Under the pieces are notes generated by a model. It was not told the origin of the DNA and made no database searches. It was given only the letters and a program-made list of their open reading frames with translations. From the NCBI GenBank assembly GCA_045645165.1, contig JAZRIF010000212.1:7807-71806 (forward strand): DNA of 64,000 nt. The letters run 5' to 3'. The position numbers were made by a program, and so were the translations under genes. Of this stretch, positions 1-9,162 are shown one piece after another; positions within the stretch are counted from its first letter, which is position 1, and every line of letters begins with the position of its first letter. This DNA is from Eubacteriales bacterium (lineage in GTDB: Bacteria; Bacillota; Clostridia; Oscillospirales; CAG-272).

Positions 1-2016
1 GCGGATCATCATGTTGCGGATGTTCGCGGCGTTGGAGAAAAGGCGGGAGAGGATGGTGCGGTCGAACACGGGGGCGGAGATATACTCATTCAGAAGCGAC
101 ACAGCATCGGTCAGCTTCTCGGCGGGGGGATCCAGATTGATGGCCAGATAAGCGTCTCCCGTGGTCTCCACACGGAGACCAATGCCTGCATTGGTGTGGA
201 GGCTGACCCACTTCTGCGTCAGCTCGGGAACGGTGTACTTCCCTGCGGGCAGGCTCATGAGAGCGTCGTGGAGGCAACGGACGTAGAACAGCTCGTCCTC
301 GTCCAGGCCACAAAGGTCAAAAAGCAATCCTGCCATGACCATGCCGTTGGTGTCGGTAATATAGGAGAGGGACTTGGCGGCGCATCCACCCACCTGCGCC
401 GTTTCTTCGGCGAGATCGCGGGCGTCCGACTTGGTATTGATGTCGGCGGGGGTGAGGTGAGGAACGGTGGCCTCGGCCTCGGGGGAGTCCGGGGCGGTCA
501 GGTACTCGTTGAAGGCGGCCATCTTGGCTTCCAATGCGGCGTATCCGCCCTCGGTGGCATTTACGCGAGCGGCCTCGGCTTCAAAGCGGGCGGTCATCTT
601 CTCACGCTTTTCCTGGGTGAGGGTACGGGAGGGGATACACTTGGTCAGCGCCCAGTGGTTGCTGTTCAGGATATATTTCTCAATGAGATGCTCGAAGTAG
701 CGGTCATCGGCGGCCATGGCCTCACGGAGAACGGCCAGGTCGTTGACGGGATCGGCGTCGTCGAACTGAACGTGGGTGCGCAGGAAGGACTCCATGATGC
801 GGAAGCCTGTCTTGACGCTGAGGGATGCGCGGCGGCAATCGGTCTCGTGACTATCCACCAGATCGCGGATGCGGTCGGTGTCCAGACCATTCTTTGCCAG
901 ATCTGCCAGGGTGTCGAAGATCACCTTGCGGAAGCCCTCGGCGCACTCGGGATCAGACTTGCCCAGAGTAAAGTAGAGCATGGGCTGACGGTAGTCGCCC
1001 TCACAGGCCATGCCGAAATCCTGTCCGACGCCGGCGTCCAGCACAGCCTTGGAGAGAGGGGATTCGGTATTCTCAGCCAGATAACGGGAGAGCAGGGCAA
1101 ACGCCAACACCTCGGCGGACTTGTCCTCCCCCAAAACGTAGGTGAGCATGAGATGAGTATTGCCCGCAATTTCCTCGTTATCACCCAACTGATAGTATAC
1201 CGTTCCATCGGGGCTGATTACGGGAGCCTGCAGAGGAGCGGGAGCGGGCTTTTCAAAGGCCGACACGCCCTTGGCAGTCAGAACCGCGTCGATATGCGCC
1301 AGCTCGGCCTCAATGCCCATATTACCCGACAGGTAGAAGATGGCGTTCTGGGTGGAATAGAAACGGTTATAGGTCTCCACGAACTGCTCGTAGGTAAGGT
1401 CGGGGATATACGCGGGGTCACCGCCCGAGTTGAAGCGGAAGAACAGATCCGGGAAGAGCTGCTTCTCGTTCTGCATCCACATGATGTAATCGGGCTGGTT
1501 ATCGTTGCCCTGCATTTCGTTGAAGACCACGCCCGAAATGGCAACCTTGCCGTCCCCTGCGGGCTCGACATGCCATGCTTCCTTTTCGAAAATACGGCGA
1601 TCCGTCAGGAGCAAAGGATTGAACACGGCATCCATGTAGACCGACATAAGATTCGTGTAATCCTGTTCGTTCGTCGAAATAAAATAGTAGATTGTCTTAT
1701 CCTCATAGGTCATGGCGTTAAGATCCACCGCCATTGAGGTTTTGAGAAGATTGACGAAAGGTTCTTTCAGTTGATAGTTTTTAGAGCCGTCCAGACAGGA
1801 ATGCTCCAAAATATGGAACACGCCTGTATCGTTCTCGGGAAGAGTACGGAATCCCACGGAAAAAACCAGTTGTCCGTCGTCTCGATCCGTGTAGTAAAGA
1901 GTTGCACCTGTCTTCACATGTTGGAGTTTCCAGTAGTGCGTATTCAGCATAGGCACTTCGCCGTCACGAATAACCAGAAAACCATTTATAACAGAACCGA
2001 TATTTAACGCAAGCAT
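1..2016 (-). CDS. M16-family (insulinase-like, M16C/PreP-type) zinc metallopeptidase, N-terminal ~672 aa; gene runs off the left edge
   Basis: Absent from the ORF track because it has no in-window stop. Manual translation from ATG at 2016 (RBS aaggaga upstream) gives MLALNIGSVINGFLV...DTGVFHILEHSCLDGSKNY, with the inverted zinc motif HxxEH. The frame stays open to base 1 (...SNAANIRNMMIR). The + ORF 196..1737 is its antisense shadow. Confidence 0.85.
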   Translation of the reverse strand, partial: MLALNIGSVINGFLVIRDGEVPMLNTHYWKLQHVKTGATLYYTDRDDGQLVFSVGFRTLPENDTGVFHILEHSCLDGSKNYQLKEPFVNLLKTSMAVDLNAMTYEDKTIYYFISTNEQDYTNLMSVYMDAVFNPLLLTDRRIFEKEAWHVEPAGDGKVAISGVVFNEMQGNDNQPDYIMWMQNEKQLFPDLFFRFNSGGDPAYIPDLTYEQFVETYNRFYSTQNAIFYLSGNMGIEAELAHIDAVLTAKGVSAFEKPAPAPLQAPVISPDGTVYYQLGDNEEIAGNTHLMLTYVLGEDKSAEVLAFALLSRYLAENTESPLSKAVLDAGVGQDFGMACEGDYRQPMLYFTLGKSDPECAEGFRKVIFDTLADLAKNGLDTDRIRDLVDSHETDCRRASLSVKTGFRIMESFLRTHVQFDDADPVNDLAVLREAMAADDRYFEHLIEKYILNSNHWALTKCIPSRTLTQEKREKMTARFEAEAARVNATEGGYAALEAKMAAFNEYLTAPDSPEAEATVPHLTPADINTKSDARDLAEETAQVGGCAAKSLSYITDTNGMVMAGLLFDLCGLDEDELFYVRCLHDALMSLPAGKYTVPELTQKWVSLHTNAGIGLRVETTGDAYLAINLDPPAEKLTDAVSLLNEYISAPVFDRTILSRLFSNAANIRNMMIR

Positions 2017-2126
2017 GATTCTATCTCCTTACATTTTTATGTTACCGATATCAATTCGAATTTGAGCATTGCATGGATGAAAATATTTTCCATGATATAT
2101 TCTTTTTGATTATACCATATTTTCAT

Positions 2127-2156
2127 GCATATTGCAAGGGAAACGGTGGGATTCTA
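2127..2156 (+). promoter_or_regulatory. Candidate forespore sigma-G/F-type promoter for spoVAD
   Basis: GCATA (2127-2131), an 18-nt spacer, then GATTCTA (2150-2156). The remembered sigma-G consensus is GHATR-N17/18-CATxxTA, so there is one mismatch in the -10. It lies 40 nt upstream of the spoVAD ATG. spoVA is sigma-G dependent in Bacillus. Confidence 0.3.
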
Positions 2157-2195
2157 ATAAAAAAATAATACACAAAAGTGTGAAGCGAGGGCATC

Positions 2196-3221
2196 ATGAG
2201 TCAAGATATTCTTTTCACCACGTCGCATATTCTCTCTGCAGCCACCATAGTTGGTTGTAAGGAGCATCAAGGCCCTTTGAGCCACTGTTTCGATTTTTTC
2301 AATGACAGCGACCGTTTCGGTCAGGACACTTGGGAAAAAGCCGAATCTGAAATGCAACGTATGGCTCTATCAACAGCACTGGATAAAGCGGAAGTTACCC
2401 AAGATCAGATTGATATGCTTTTTGCAGGGGATCTTTTAAACCAATGTGTAAGCTCCTCCTACGGGCTTCTGTCCTATGATATTCCCTATTTTGGATTGTA
2501 TGGCGCTTGCTCTACATCGGTGGAGGGGATCATGCTGGCGGCATCTATGATCAGCGGCGGACACGCCAAGTTGGCAGCGGCGGTAACATCCTCCCACAAC
2601 GCAGCGGCCGAACGGCAATTTCGTACCCCTTTGGAATACGGTGGGCAGCGTCCGCCGACGGGTCAATGGACGGTGACGGGGGCGGGCGCGTTTATCCTTT
2701 GTGATTCGTCTCAATCGAAGGGACTCGAAATGGCGAAGGTGACCTGCGCCATGCCCGGCATTGTCGTTGACATGGGGATTTCTGATGCCAACAATATGGG
2801 AGCGGCTATGGCGCCTGCGGCGGCATCCACACTTCTGCGGTATTTTGAAAAGAGTGACACCTTCCCCAAGGATTACGATCTTATCGTTACCGGTGATCTT
2901 GGTTGGGAGGGGAGTCGCATTCTCTGCGATCTAATGATGGCCGCGGGACGGGATATCTCCGCCAACCACAACGATTGCGGAAAGCTCATCTTTTCCCGCA
3001 ATACGCAGGATACCCACAGCGGCGGTTCGGGATGCGGTTGTGCCGCCGTTGTATTGGGGGGGTATCTGCTTCCTAAACTGCAAGTTGGAGAATTGAAGCG
3101 CATCCTTTTCATGGCAACGGGAGCCATGATGAGCCCCGATAGTGTAAAGCAAGGGCAAAGCATCCCGGGGGTGGCCCATCTGCTCTGCCTGGAAAGCCCG
3201 TTATACCGAAAGGAATCATAA
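2196..3221 (+). CDS. spoVAD: Stage V sporulation protein AD (SpoVAD)
   Basis: 341-aa ORF with a thiolase-like SpoVAD pattern (GPLSHCFD, DTWEKAESEM, DLLNQC, LYGACSTS, SSHNAAAERQFR). A SpoVAC/AEb-family membrane ORF follows 2 nt downstream. Confidence 0.9.
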   Translation: MSQDILFTTSHILSAATIVGCKEHQGPLSHCFDFFNDSDRFGQDTWEKAESEMQRMALSTALDKAEVTQDQIDMLFAGDLLNQCVSSSYGLLSYDIPYFGLYGACSTSVEGIMLAASMISGGHAKLAAAVTSSHNAAAERQFRTPLEYGGQRPPTGQWTVTGAGAFILCDSSQSKGLEMAKVTCAMPGIVVDMGISDANNMGAAMAPAAASTLLRYFEKSDTFPKDYDLIVTGDLGWEGSRILCDLMMAAGRDISANHNDCGKLIFSRNTQDTHSGGSGCGCAAVVLGGYLLPKLQVGELKRILFMATGAMMSPDSVKQGQSIPGVAHLLCLESPLYRKES

Positions 3222-3223
3222 TT

Positions 3224-3610
3224 ATGAATTGGAACTCTGTCATACAAGCAATCCTTCCCTATCTCCGCGCATTCATCGTGGGGGGCGCTTTTTGCCTGAT
3301 CGCGCAAATACTCATTGACAAAACCAAGCTGACGCCTGCGCGAATTCTGGTGATCTACGTTGTCGCCGGCGTTGTATTGGGTGGAATCGGGGTATACCAA
3401 TATATCGCGGATTTCGGTGGCGCCGGGGCAACAACTCCTTTGACGGGATTCGGATATCTGATTGCTAAGGGCGTCAAGAAGGCCGTACAGGAAAAGGGGC
3501 TTCTGGGATCCCTGACAGGCCCGCTGACAGCCGCGGCCGGTGGTACCGCCGCCGCATTGGTTTTTGGTTATACAGTAGCTTTGATCTGTAAAGGGAAACC
3601 TAAAAATTGA
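3224..3610 (+). CDS. spoVAE: SpoVAC/SpoVAEb-family sporulation membrane protein, most like SpoVAEb
   Basis: 128 aa with 3-4 TM segments. FIVGGAFCLIAQILID..KLTPA...FGGAGATTPLTGFG resembles B. subtilis SpoVAEb (FLVGGGICVIGQ..KLTPAH..FAGGGATVPITSFG, from memory). It is coupled to spoVAD. Confidence 0.75.
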   Translation: MNWNSVIQAILPYLRAFIVGGAFCLIAQILIDKTKLTPARILVIYVVAGVVLGGIGVYQYIADFGGAGATTPLTGFGYLIAKGVKKAVQEKGLLGSLTGPLTAAAGGTAAALVFGYTVALICKGKPKN

Positions 3611-4300
3611 TTATTCGTGAATTCCAAATCCATCCCGCAATTTTTCAATAGCGGCTTTTTCAATACGACTGACGTATGATCGAGAAATTCCCAATTTTAC
3701 GGCAATCTCCCGCTGGGTGAGAGGGATCGTTCCATTCAAGCCAAATCGCAACGTAATTACCTGGCGTTCCCGCGGCTCCAGTCTGGTTTTAACCAGCATA
3801 AGCGCTCTCTCACCTTCCACACACCTCATAACATCTTCCGCCAAGTTTTCTTCGCTGGAAATAACATCGGTATACGTCAACGGATTTCCATCTCGGTCAA
3901 CGTCTATTGTATCATTCATGGAAACCTCGGCATTGAGCTTTTTCTGTGAGCGGAAGTGCATGAGAATTTCATTTTGAATACACTTGGCCGCATAGGTCGC
4001 AAAACGTGCTCCATTATCGATCTTAAAACTGTCAACGGCTTTAACCAGTCCGATGGTTCCAATGGACACCAGATCTTCCTGATTTTTGGATGTAGCATAG
4101 TATTTTCGTACGATATGAGAAACCAAACGTAGGTTATGCAAAATCAATTTCTGTCTGGAATCTTCCGAGCCCGCACGGGCAAGTCGAAAGGCTTCCTCCT
4201 CTTCTTTGGTTTCCAAGGGTGGTGGAAAATGCTGGGCTGTACTGACACCGAGTACGATATGAAGAAATCTGAGAATAGGCGATAATGCAAAACCGATCAT
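3611..4300 (-). CDS. sigK: Sporulation sigma factor, SigK-like (sigma-70 family, with N-terminal pro-sequence)
   Basis: 229 aa. HNLRLVSHIVRKY, LVSIGTIGLVKAV, ATYAAKCIQNEILMH and TQREIAVKLGISRSYVSRIEKAAIEKL match SigK rather than SigE (SigE has ISQSYISRLEKRI and ATYASRC). The hydrophobic N-terminal leader is consistent with pro-sigma-K. The gene is uninterrupted. Confidence 0.75.
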   Translation of the reverse strand: MIGFALSPILRFLHIVLGVSTAQHFPPPLETKEEEEAFRLARAGSEDSRQKLILHNLRLVSHIVRKYYATSKNQEDLVSIGTIGLVKAVDSFKIDNGARFATYAAKCIQNEILMHFRSQKKLNAEVSMNDTIDVDRDGNPLTYTDVISSEENLAEDVMRCVEGERALMLVKTRLEPRERQVITLRFGLNGTIPLTQREIAVKLGISRSYVSRIEKAAIEKLRDGFGIHE

Positions 4301-4430
4301 GGATGGCCTCCTTGCGTTTTTTTCATATTATGCTACAAGGGCTGTCCCACATGCAACGAAATGACCTCCTTCACATACCACGTACATTTGAGAGAATTAT
4401 ACAACTGTTCTCCTTGTCAAACGCGTGTAT

Positions 4431-4470
4431 ACGCAAAAAACGCACACCTCACGGCGTGCGTTTTTTGCGT
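4431..4470 (-). terminator. Rho-independent (palindromic, potentially bidirectional) terminator after ispH/S1
   Basis: acgcaaaaaa-CGCACACC-tcac-GGCGTGCG-ttttttgcgt. A 9-bp GC-rich stem is flanked by A6 and T6, 12 nt downstream of the ispH/S1 stop. Confidence 0.75.
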
Positions 4471-4481
4471 ATATGCCTTTA

Positions 4482-6533
4482 TTACTCAGCGTCGGTTGCC
4501 TCAACCTCTACGGTCTCCTCAACGGTCTCAGCGGCCTTAGCCTCCTCGATGAGGGCGCGGATGGACAGGCTGACCTTCCGGTTCTCGTTGTCGATGTCGA
4601 TGATTCTGGCATCAACGGTCTGACCAACCTCCAGAATGTCGGCAGGCTTGCCGATCTTGTGATCAGCGATCTGAGAAATGTGGATCAGGCCGTCCACACC
4701 GTCAACGATCTCAGCAAATGCGCCGAAGGGCATCAGGTTAACGATCTTAACGGATGCGGTATCACCCACAGCGTACTGAGAGGTGAAGATGAACCAAGGA
4801 TTAGTAGCCTCGGTCTTGTAGCCCAGGGAGATGCGCTTCTTCTCTGCGTCGTAGCTCTTAACGAATACGGTGATCTCGTCGCCAATTGCCAGAACCTCTG
4901 CGGGAGACTTGATGCGCTTCCAGGACAGCTCAGTGCAGTGAACCATACCGTCCACACCGCCCAGGTCGACGAATGCGCCGTAGCTGGTCATGGACTTAAC
5001 GGTACCGGTGTAGATCTTACCTTCCTCGATCTCCTCCCAGAAAGACTTCTCCTGAGCGCGCTTCTGATCGCGGAGGACGAGACGGATAGAGCCCTTAGCT
5101 CTCTTCTTCTCACCGATCTCCAGGATGCGGAGAGTCACGGTCTGGCCGACCAGGGTGGAGAGATCGCCCTCACGGGGAATACCGGTGTGGGCTGCGGGGA
5201 TGAATACGCGGTTGTCGAAGCAGATAGCCTCAACGCCGCCCTTGTTAACGGAAATGACCTTACCCTCAATGTTCTCGCCGTTCTCGTAAGCAGCGACAAC
5301 CTTGAGCCAGTTCTTGTCGGAATCGACACGCTTCTTGGAGAGCTCAGCGAAGCCGTCGCGGTCGCTGACACGGATCACGAATGCCTCCACCTCATCTCCG
5401 ATTTTGAACATCTCGCTGAGTTTTGCGGAAGGATCATCGGTGATCTGCTCAAGCTTGATCACGCCGGTAACTTTGGCGCCGAGGTCAAGCTGGATCTCGC
5501 CTGCGCTAATGCTGGTAATAATACCGGTCACAGTGTCTCCTGTATTTAATGTCTTGAGGGAATCCTCAAGCAGTTCCGCGAAGTTTTCGTTTTGGATCTC
5601 GCTCATGTTGTTTGTTACCTCCTCAATAATGTCGTGGGGGGTTGATGCCCCTGCCACGATGCCTACCCGCTGGTAGGCTAACGGAATCTCCTTTGGCAAT
5701 TCGTCGGCTTGCTCGACCCACACGGTGTCAGCACAAATGCTCTTACAGATCGAATAGAGTTTGGCAGAATTAGAACTGTCTCTGCCACCAATCACAATGA
5801 CGTGATCGCATTTGCGTGCGAGCTCTGCGGCCTCTTTTTGCCTAGAGTCCGTAATACTGCAAATTGTATCATAAATATATGGACTGGGATAGTTTAAATT
5901 GTAAATTTTTTTTGTCTTTTCCCATTCTATCAAATTCTGTGTGGTTTGAGCCACCAGAATCGGGGTTACGGAGGGATCATTCGGCGCCCTTTGGTTCCGA
6001 ATCATGTACTCGGCCTCGGCGGCATTTCGGAACACTACCTTCACACCGTCAAAGCGGCTCAAAAAGCCCACGACCTCAGGGTGATCGGCAGAACCCAAAA
6101 CCGCGAGGAATCGGTCGTGCTTCCCTGTTTCCCGCAAGGCCTTTTGGTTCAGCTCGTTCTGTTCTGCGCAGATTCTGTGGATCTTTTTGACGAAGGAGCA
6201 GGTACAATCCACAAAGGAAAAAGACGGATATGCCTCGGCGCAACGGCGCAACAAATCTTCGGTTTCGACCGTCATACCGTGGGCGCGAACAAACACCTTG
6301 ACGGGCGCTTCGGCGGTTGATTCGCGCGCCAACCGCTCGACATCATCTGCTGAAATGACGCGTACACCCTGCGAGGCAAGACGCTGATTATACGTCTCGT
6401 TATGGATAAGACGGCCCAAGGTATAGATACGCTCACCTTGCGGGCACGCCGCGATCTCCCGCTCAACGGCAGAGGTCGCGCGGGCGACACCGAAGCAAAA
6501 GCCTGCGTTTTTGGCTACGATGATCTCACGCAT
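4482..6533 (-). CDS. ispH: Bifunctional 4-hydroxy-3-methylbut-2-enyl diphosphate reductase (IspH/LytB) fused to ribosomal protein S1-type S1 domains
   Basis: MREIIVAKNAGFCFGV... is a LytB N-terminus; the C-terminal half has 4 S1 repeats (e.g. GTVKSMTSYGAFVDLGGVDGMVHCTELS). I prefer the ATG at 6533 (1 nt after the plsC stop) over the track's TTG at 6563. Confidence 0.9.
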   Translation of the reverse strand: MREIIVAKNAGFCFGVARATSAVEREIAACPQGERIYTLGRLIHNETYNQRLASQGVRVISADDVERLARESTAEAPVKVFVRAHGMTVETEDLLRRCAEAYPSFSFVDCTCSFVKKIHRICAEQNELNQKALRETGKHDRFLAVLGSADHPEVVGFLSRFDGVKVVFRNAAEAEYMIRNQRAPNDPSVTPILVAQTTQNLIEWEKTKKIYNLNYPSPYIYDTICSITDSRQKEAAELARKCDHVIVIGGRDSSNSAKLYSICKSICADTVWVEQADELPKEIPLAYQRVGIVAGASTPHDIIEEVTNNMSEIQNENFAELLEDSLKTLNTGDTVTGIITSISAGEIQLDLGAKVTGVIKLEQITDDPSAKLSEMFKIGDEVEAFVIRVSDRDGFAELSKKRVDSDKNWLKVVAAYENGENIEGKVISVNKGGVEAICFDNRVFIPAAHTGIPREGDLSTLVGQTVTLRILEIGEKKRAKGSIRLVLRDQKRAQEKSFWEEIEEGKIYTGTVKSMTSYGAFVDLGGVDGMVHCTELSWKRIKSPAEVLAIGDEITVFVKSYDAEKKRISLGYKTEATNPWFIFTSQYAVGDTASVKIVNLMPFGAFAEIVDGVDGLIHISQIADHKIGKPADILEVGQTVDARIIDIDNENRKVSLSIRALIEEAKAAETVEETVEVEATDAE

Positions 6534-6534
6534 A

Positions 6535-7173
6535 TCAGTCACCGAGCTCACATACCCGCTCAAAGAGCAGTTCCGCGATGCGCTGGTACTCGCCGGGAGC
6601 CTCAGGGTTATAGTTCATTTCCTCCGGAGAAATGGGTTTTCCCACGATCACTTCCTTTTTGCATAGGAAAAAGTGCTTGTTGTTCTTGACCTTGACGAAC
6701 ACGGGAAGAACCTGCACGCCTGCTTTCAGAGCGATCATAGCCGCGCCGGTTTTGATCGGCGTGGTGCGGGGATCCACGCCGTTGTAGCGGTGTCCCTGGG
6801 GGAACATACCCACGGCGGCTCCGCCCTTGAGCATTTCGATGGTGTGCTTGATGGCCCCCACGTCGGCACCGCCGCGGTTGACGGGGTAGGCACCAAGGGC
6901 ACGGATGAGCAGATTCAAAAGGGGGATCTTGAACAGCTCTTTTTTGGCCATGAAGTGGGGCTGCTGATGCTTCAGAGCACAGCACAGGTAGATGGGATCC
7001 GCCCATGTGCGGTGGTTGGCTATGACCAGATAGGTACCCTGATCGGGGGTAGGCTCGTTCTCGGCCCCCTTCACCTTCATGTGGCAGAGGAAGCGGACGG
7101 GGTAGGTCAGGGTGAATTTCACAACCTTGTAGAGACCGCTGATGGGCTTTACGGGCTTTTTCTGCTTACTCAT
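6535..7173 (-). CDS. plsC: 1-acyl-sn-glycerol-3-phosphate acyltransferase
   Basis: 212 aa with acyltransferase motif I NHxxxxD (ANHRTWADP) and a later FPQG block. It sits in the conserved cmk-plsC-ispH context. Confidence 0.85.
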   Translation of the reverse strand: MSKQKKPVKPISGLYKVVKFTLTYPVRFLCHMKVKGAENEPTPDQGTYLVIANHRTWADPIYLCCALKHQQPHFMAKKELFKIPLLNLLIRALGAYPVNRGGADVGAIKHTIEMLKGGAAVGMFPQGHRYNGVDPRTTPIKTGAAMIALKAGVQVLPVFVKVKNNKHFFLCKKEVIVGKPISPEEMNYNPEAPGEYQRIAELLFERVCELGD

Positions 7174-7186
7174 GGGATCAACTCCT

Positions 7187-7867
7187 TTATTCCTTCGACT
7201 GCAGAGCGTTGCGGATCACGGTCAGCAGGGCCTCACGGGCTTCGTCAAAGCCTTCATAGGAATTATCGAAATGAATGGCGTCAGGGGCGGCGATGGCGGG
7301 AGCAATATCGCGACTGCGATCCTGCTCGTCACGCTTGTTCATATCCGCCAGAACCTCCTCATAGGAGGCGGGCATTCCCTTCTCGGCCAGCTCCTTGACG
7401 CGGCGGCGGGCGCGCACTTCGTTGGAGGCGGTGAGGAAGATCTTGACGTCGGCGTTGGGCAGAATGACCGTACCGATGTCGCGGCCGTCCATGATGACGG
7501 AATTCTTGCGGGCGATGTCCTTCTGTGTATCCAGCAGGAAGGCGCGCACCTCGGGGATGGCAGAAACCTTGGAGGCGTACATGGAGATCTCGTTCTCACG
7601 GATGCGGTCACCCAGATTCTCGCCGTTGAGGTAAACGCACTGCACCTCGTTTTCGTAGCGGACTTCAATGCTAATCTCCCCCAGGAGAGGGACGAGGGCG
7701 GAGATATTGTCCAGGGCAATTCCCTTGGAGCGCGCGAAATAGCCCACCGTACGGTAGAGGGCGCCCGTATCTACGTAAATGATGCCCAAGGCCTTGGCAA
7801 CAGCCTTGGAAAGAGAGGACTTACCGGCTCCGCTGGGGCCGTCGATGGCGATTTGAATGTGAGACAT
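7187..7867 (-). CDS. cmk: Cytidylate kinase
   Basis: 226 aa. IAIDGPSGAGKSS P-loop, YVDTGALYR and VMDGRDIGTVILP are typical of Cmk. Confidence 0.95.
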   Translation of the reverse strand: MSHIQIAIDGPSGAGKSSLSKAVAKALGIIYVDTGALYRTVGYFARSKGIALDNISALVPLLGEISIEVRYENEVQCVYLNGENLGDRIRENEISMYASKVSAIPEVRAFLLDTQKDIARKNSVIMDGRDIGTVILPNADVKIFLTASNEVRARRRVKELAEKGMPASYEEVLADMNKRDEQDRSRDIAPAIAAPDAIHFDNSYEGFDEAREALLTVIRNALQSKE

Positions 7868-7891
7868 ATCTTTAACTCCTTATCTGTTTCA

Positions 7892-9157
7892 TTATGAGTT
7901 CCAGACCGCCGACTGGACTGCCAGACGCGCGGTGGAGAAAGCAATTTGCAAATTGAAGCCGCCCGTATAGGCATCCACGTCCAGGACCTCTCCTGCGAAG
8001 TACAAACCGTCCACCAGCTTGGACTGCATGGTTTTGGGGTCTACCTCGCTGACTTTAATGCCACCCTTGGTGACGATGGCCTCGGCGATGGGGCGGGGAC
8101 GGATGGGCTTGACCTTGATGCAATGGAGGACGGTCACCAGCGCCTTGCGCTGTTCCTTGGTGATGGCGTTGACCTTCACGCGGGGGTCGATGCCCGACAG
8201 CTCCACCACGGGCTCGATGGCCTTTACGGGGAGCAGGTCGGAGAGGGCGTTGATGAAATCCTTATTGGCGTACTTCTTGAAATCCGCCAGGATGCGGGCA
8301 TCCAGCTCGGCATCATCCAGAGCAGGCTTGAGATTGATGTGCAGCTCGTACTTGCCTGATTCCACGTCGGGAATGTGAGCGGAGGCCGAGAGGATCAGAG
8401 GACCCGTCACGCCGTAGTGGGTGAAGAGCATCTCCCCGAAGTCCTCGTACACGTACTTATTCTTGACGGTATCCAGCACGCGGAGATTCACGTTGCGCAG
8501 AGAAAGCCCCATCATGCGGGAACAGAGGTTCCCTTCGCAGACCAGCGGCACGAGGGAGGGGCGGGGAGTCACGACGGTATGCCCCAAGCGCTCGGCCAGC
8601 TTATAGCCGTTTCCGTCGGAGCCTGTGACAGGATAGGAGCAGCCGCCCGTACAGAGGATAGCGGCAGCCACGGGGATATCCTTCCCGCCCACGCGGAGGG
8701 AGGTCACGCGGGAGGCGCCGTCTGTCTCGGTATGGATGGCAGACACGCGGCCTTGCAGGGTCTTGACACCCAATTCACGGCAGCGGCGGACAAGGGCCTC
8801 CACCACGTCTCCTGCCTTGTCGGACACGGGAAACACCCGCTTGCCCCGCTCCACCTTGAGGGGGACACCGAGGGATTCAAAGTAGTCCTGGGTATCCTTG
8901 GTATCAAAGCCCGCCAACGCGGCGTATAGGAATCGGGGGTTGGTAGGGACGTTAGCCAAAAATTCATCCCGCTCACAGTCGTTGGTGAGGTTGCACCGTC
9001 CCTTACCCGTGATGCGGAGCTTTTTGCCCATGCGGTCGTTCTGCTCGATGAGCAGGATCTCGTCGGTATCGGGATCGCATATTTCAGCGGCGTAGGCGGC
9101 GGCCATGAGGCCTGCGGCGCCGCCGCCTATGATGGCTATGGTTCTTTTATCGGACAT
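7892..9157 (-). CDS. NAD(P)/FAD-dependent oxidoreductase, HI0933/YhiN (BaiN-like) family
   Basis: 421 aa. IAIIGGGAAGLMAA dinucleotide fold, KKLRITGKGRCNLTN, and C-terminal GLYFAGEVLDVDAYTGGFNLQIAFSTA. Confidence 0.85.
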   Translation of the reverse strand: MSDKRTIAIIGGGAAGLMAAAYAAEICDPDTDEILLIEQNDRMGKKLRITGKGRCNLTNDCERDEFLANVPTNPRFLYAALAGFDTKDTQDYFESLGVPLKVERGKRVFPVSDKAGDVVEALVRRCRELGVKTLQGRVSAIHTETDGASRVTSLRVGGKDIPVAAAILCTGGCSYPVTGSDGNGYKLAERLGHTVVTPRPSLVPLVCEGNLCSRMMGLSLRNVNLRVLDTVKNKYVYEDFGEMLFTHYGVTGPLILSASAHIPDVESGKYELHINLKPALDDAELDARILADFKKYANKDFINALSDLLPVKAIEPVVELSGIDPRVKVNAITKEQRKALVTVLHCIKVKPIRPRPIAEAIVTKGGIKVSEVDPKTMQSKLVDGLYFAGEVLDVDAYTGGFNLQIAFSTARLAVQSAVWNS

Positions 9158-9162
9158 ATGAT

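Noticed and set aside
196-1737. 513-aa + strand ORF
   Set aside because: The composition is Gly/Val/Leu/His/Asp-rich with no motifs. It lies exactly antisense to a well-supported M16 peptidase frame (HILEH) that runs off the window edge. It is a typical GC3-driven shadow ORF.
3611-4300. Possible skin-like element interrupting sigK
   Set aside because: The ORF is full length (regions 2 to 4.2 are all present in one frame), and no recombinase gene is nearby.
4396-4420. TTGACA...TATAAT upstream of sigK as a sigma-A promoter
   Set aside because: The spacer is only 13 nt, which is incompatible with sigma-A. sigK is expected to be mother-cell sigma-E/K dependent, and I could not find a convincing CATA-type -10 with a correctly spaced -35 either.
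4425-5549. 374-aa + strand ORF
   Set aside because: It is antisense to the S1-domain half of the ispH/S1 fusion and has shadow-ORF composition.
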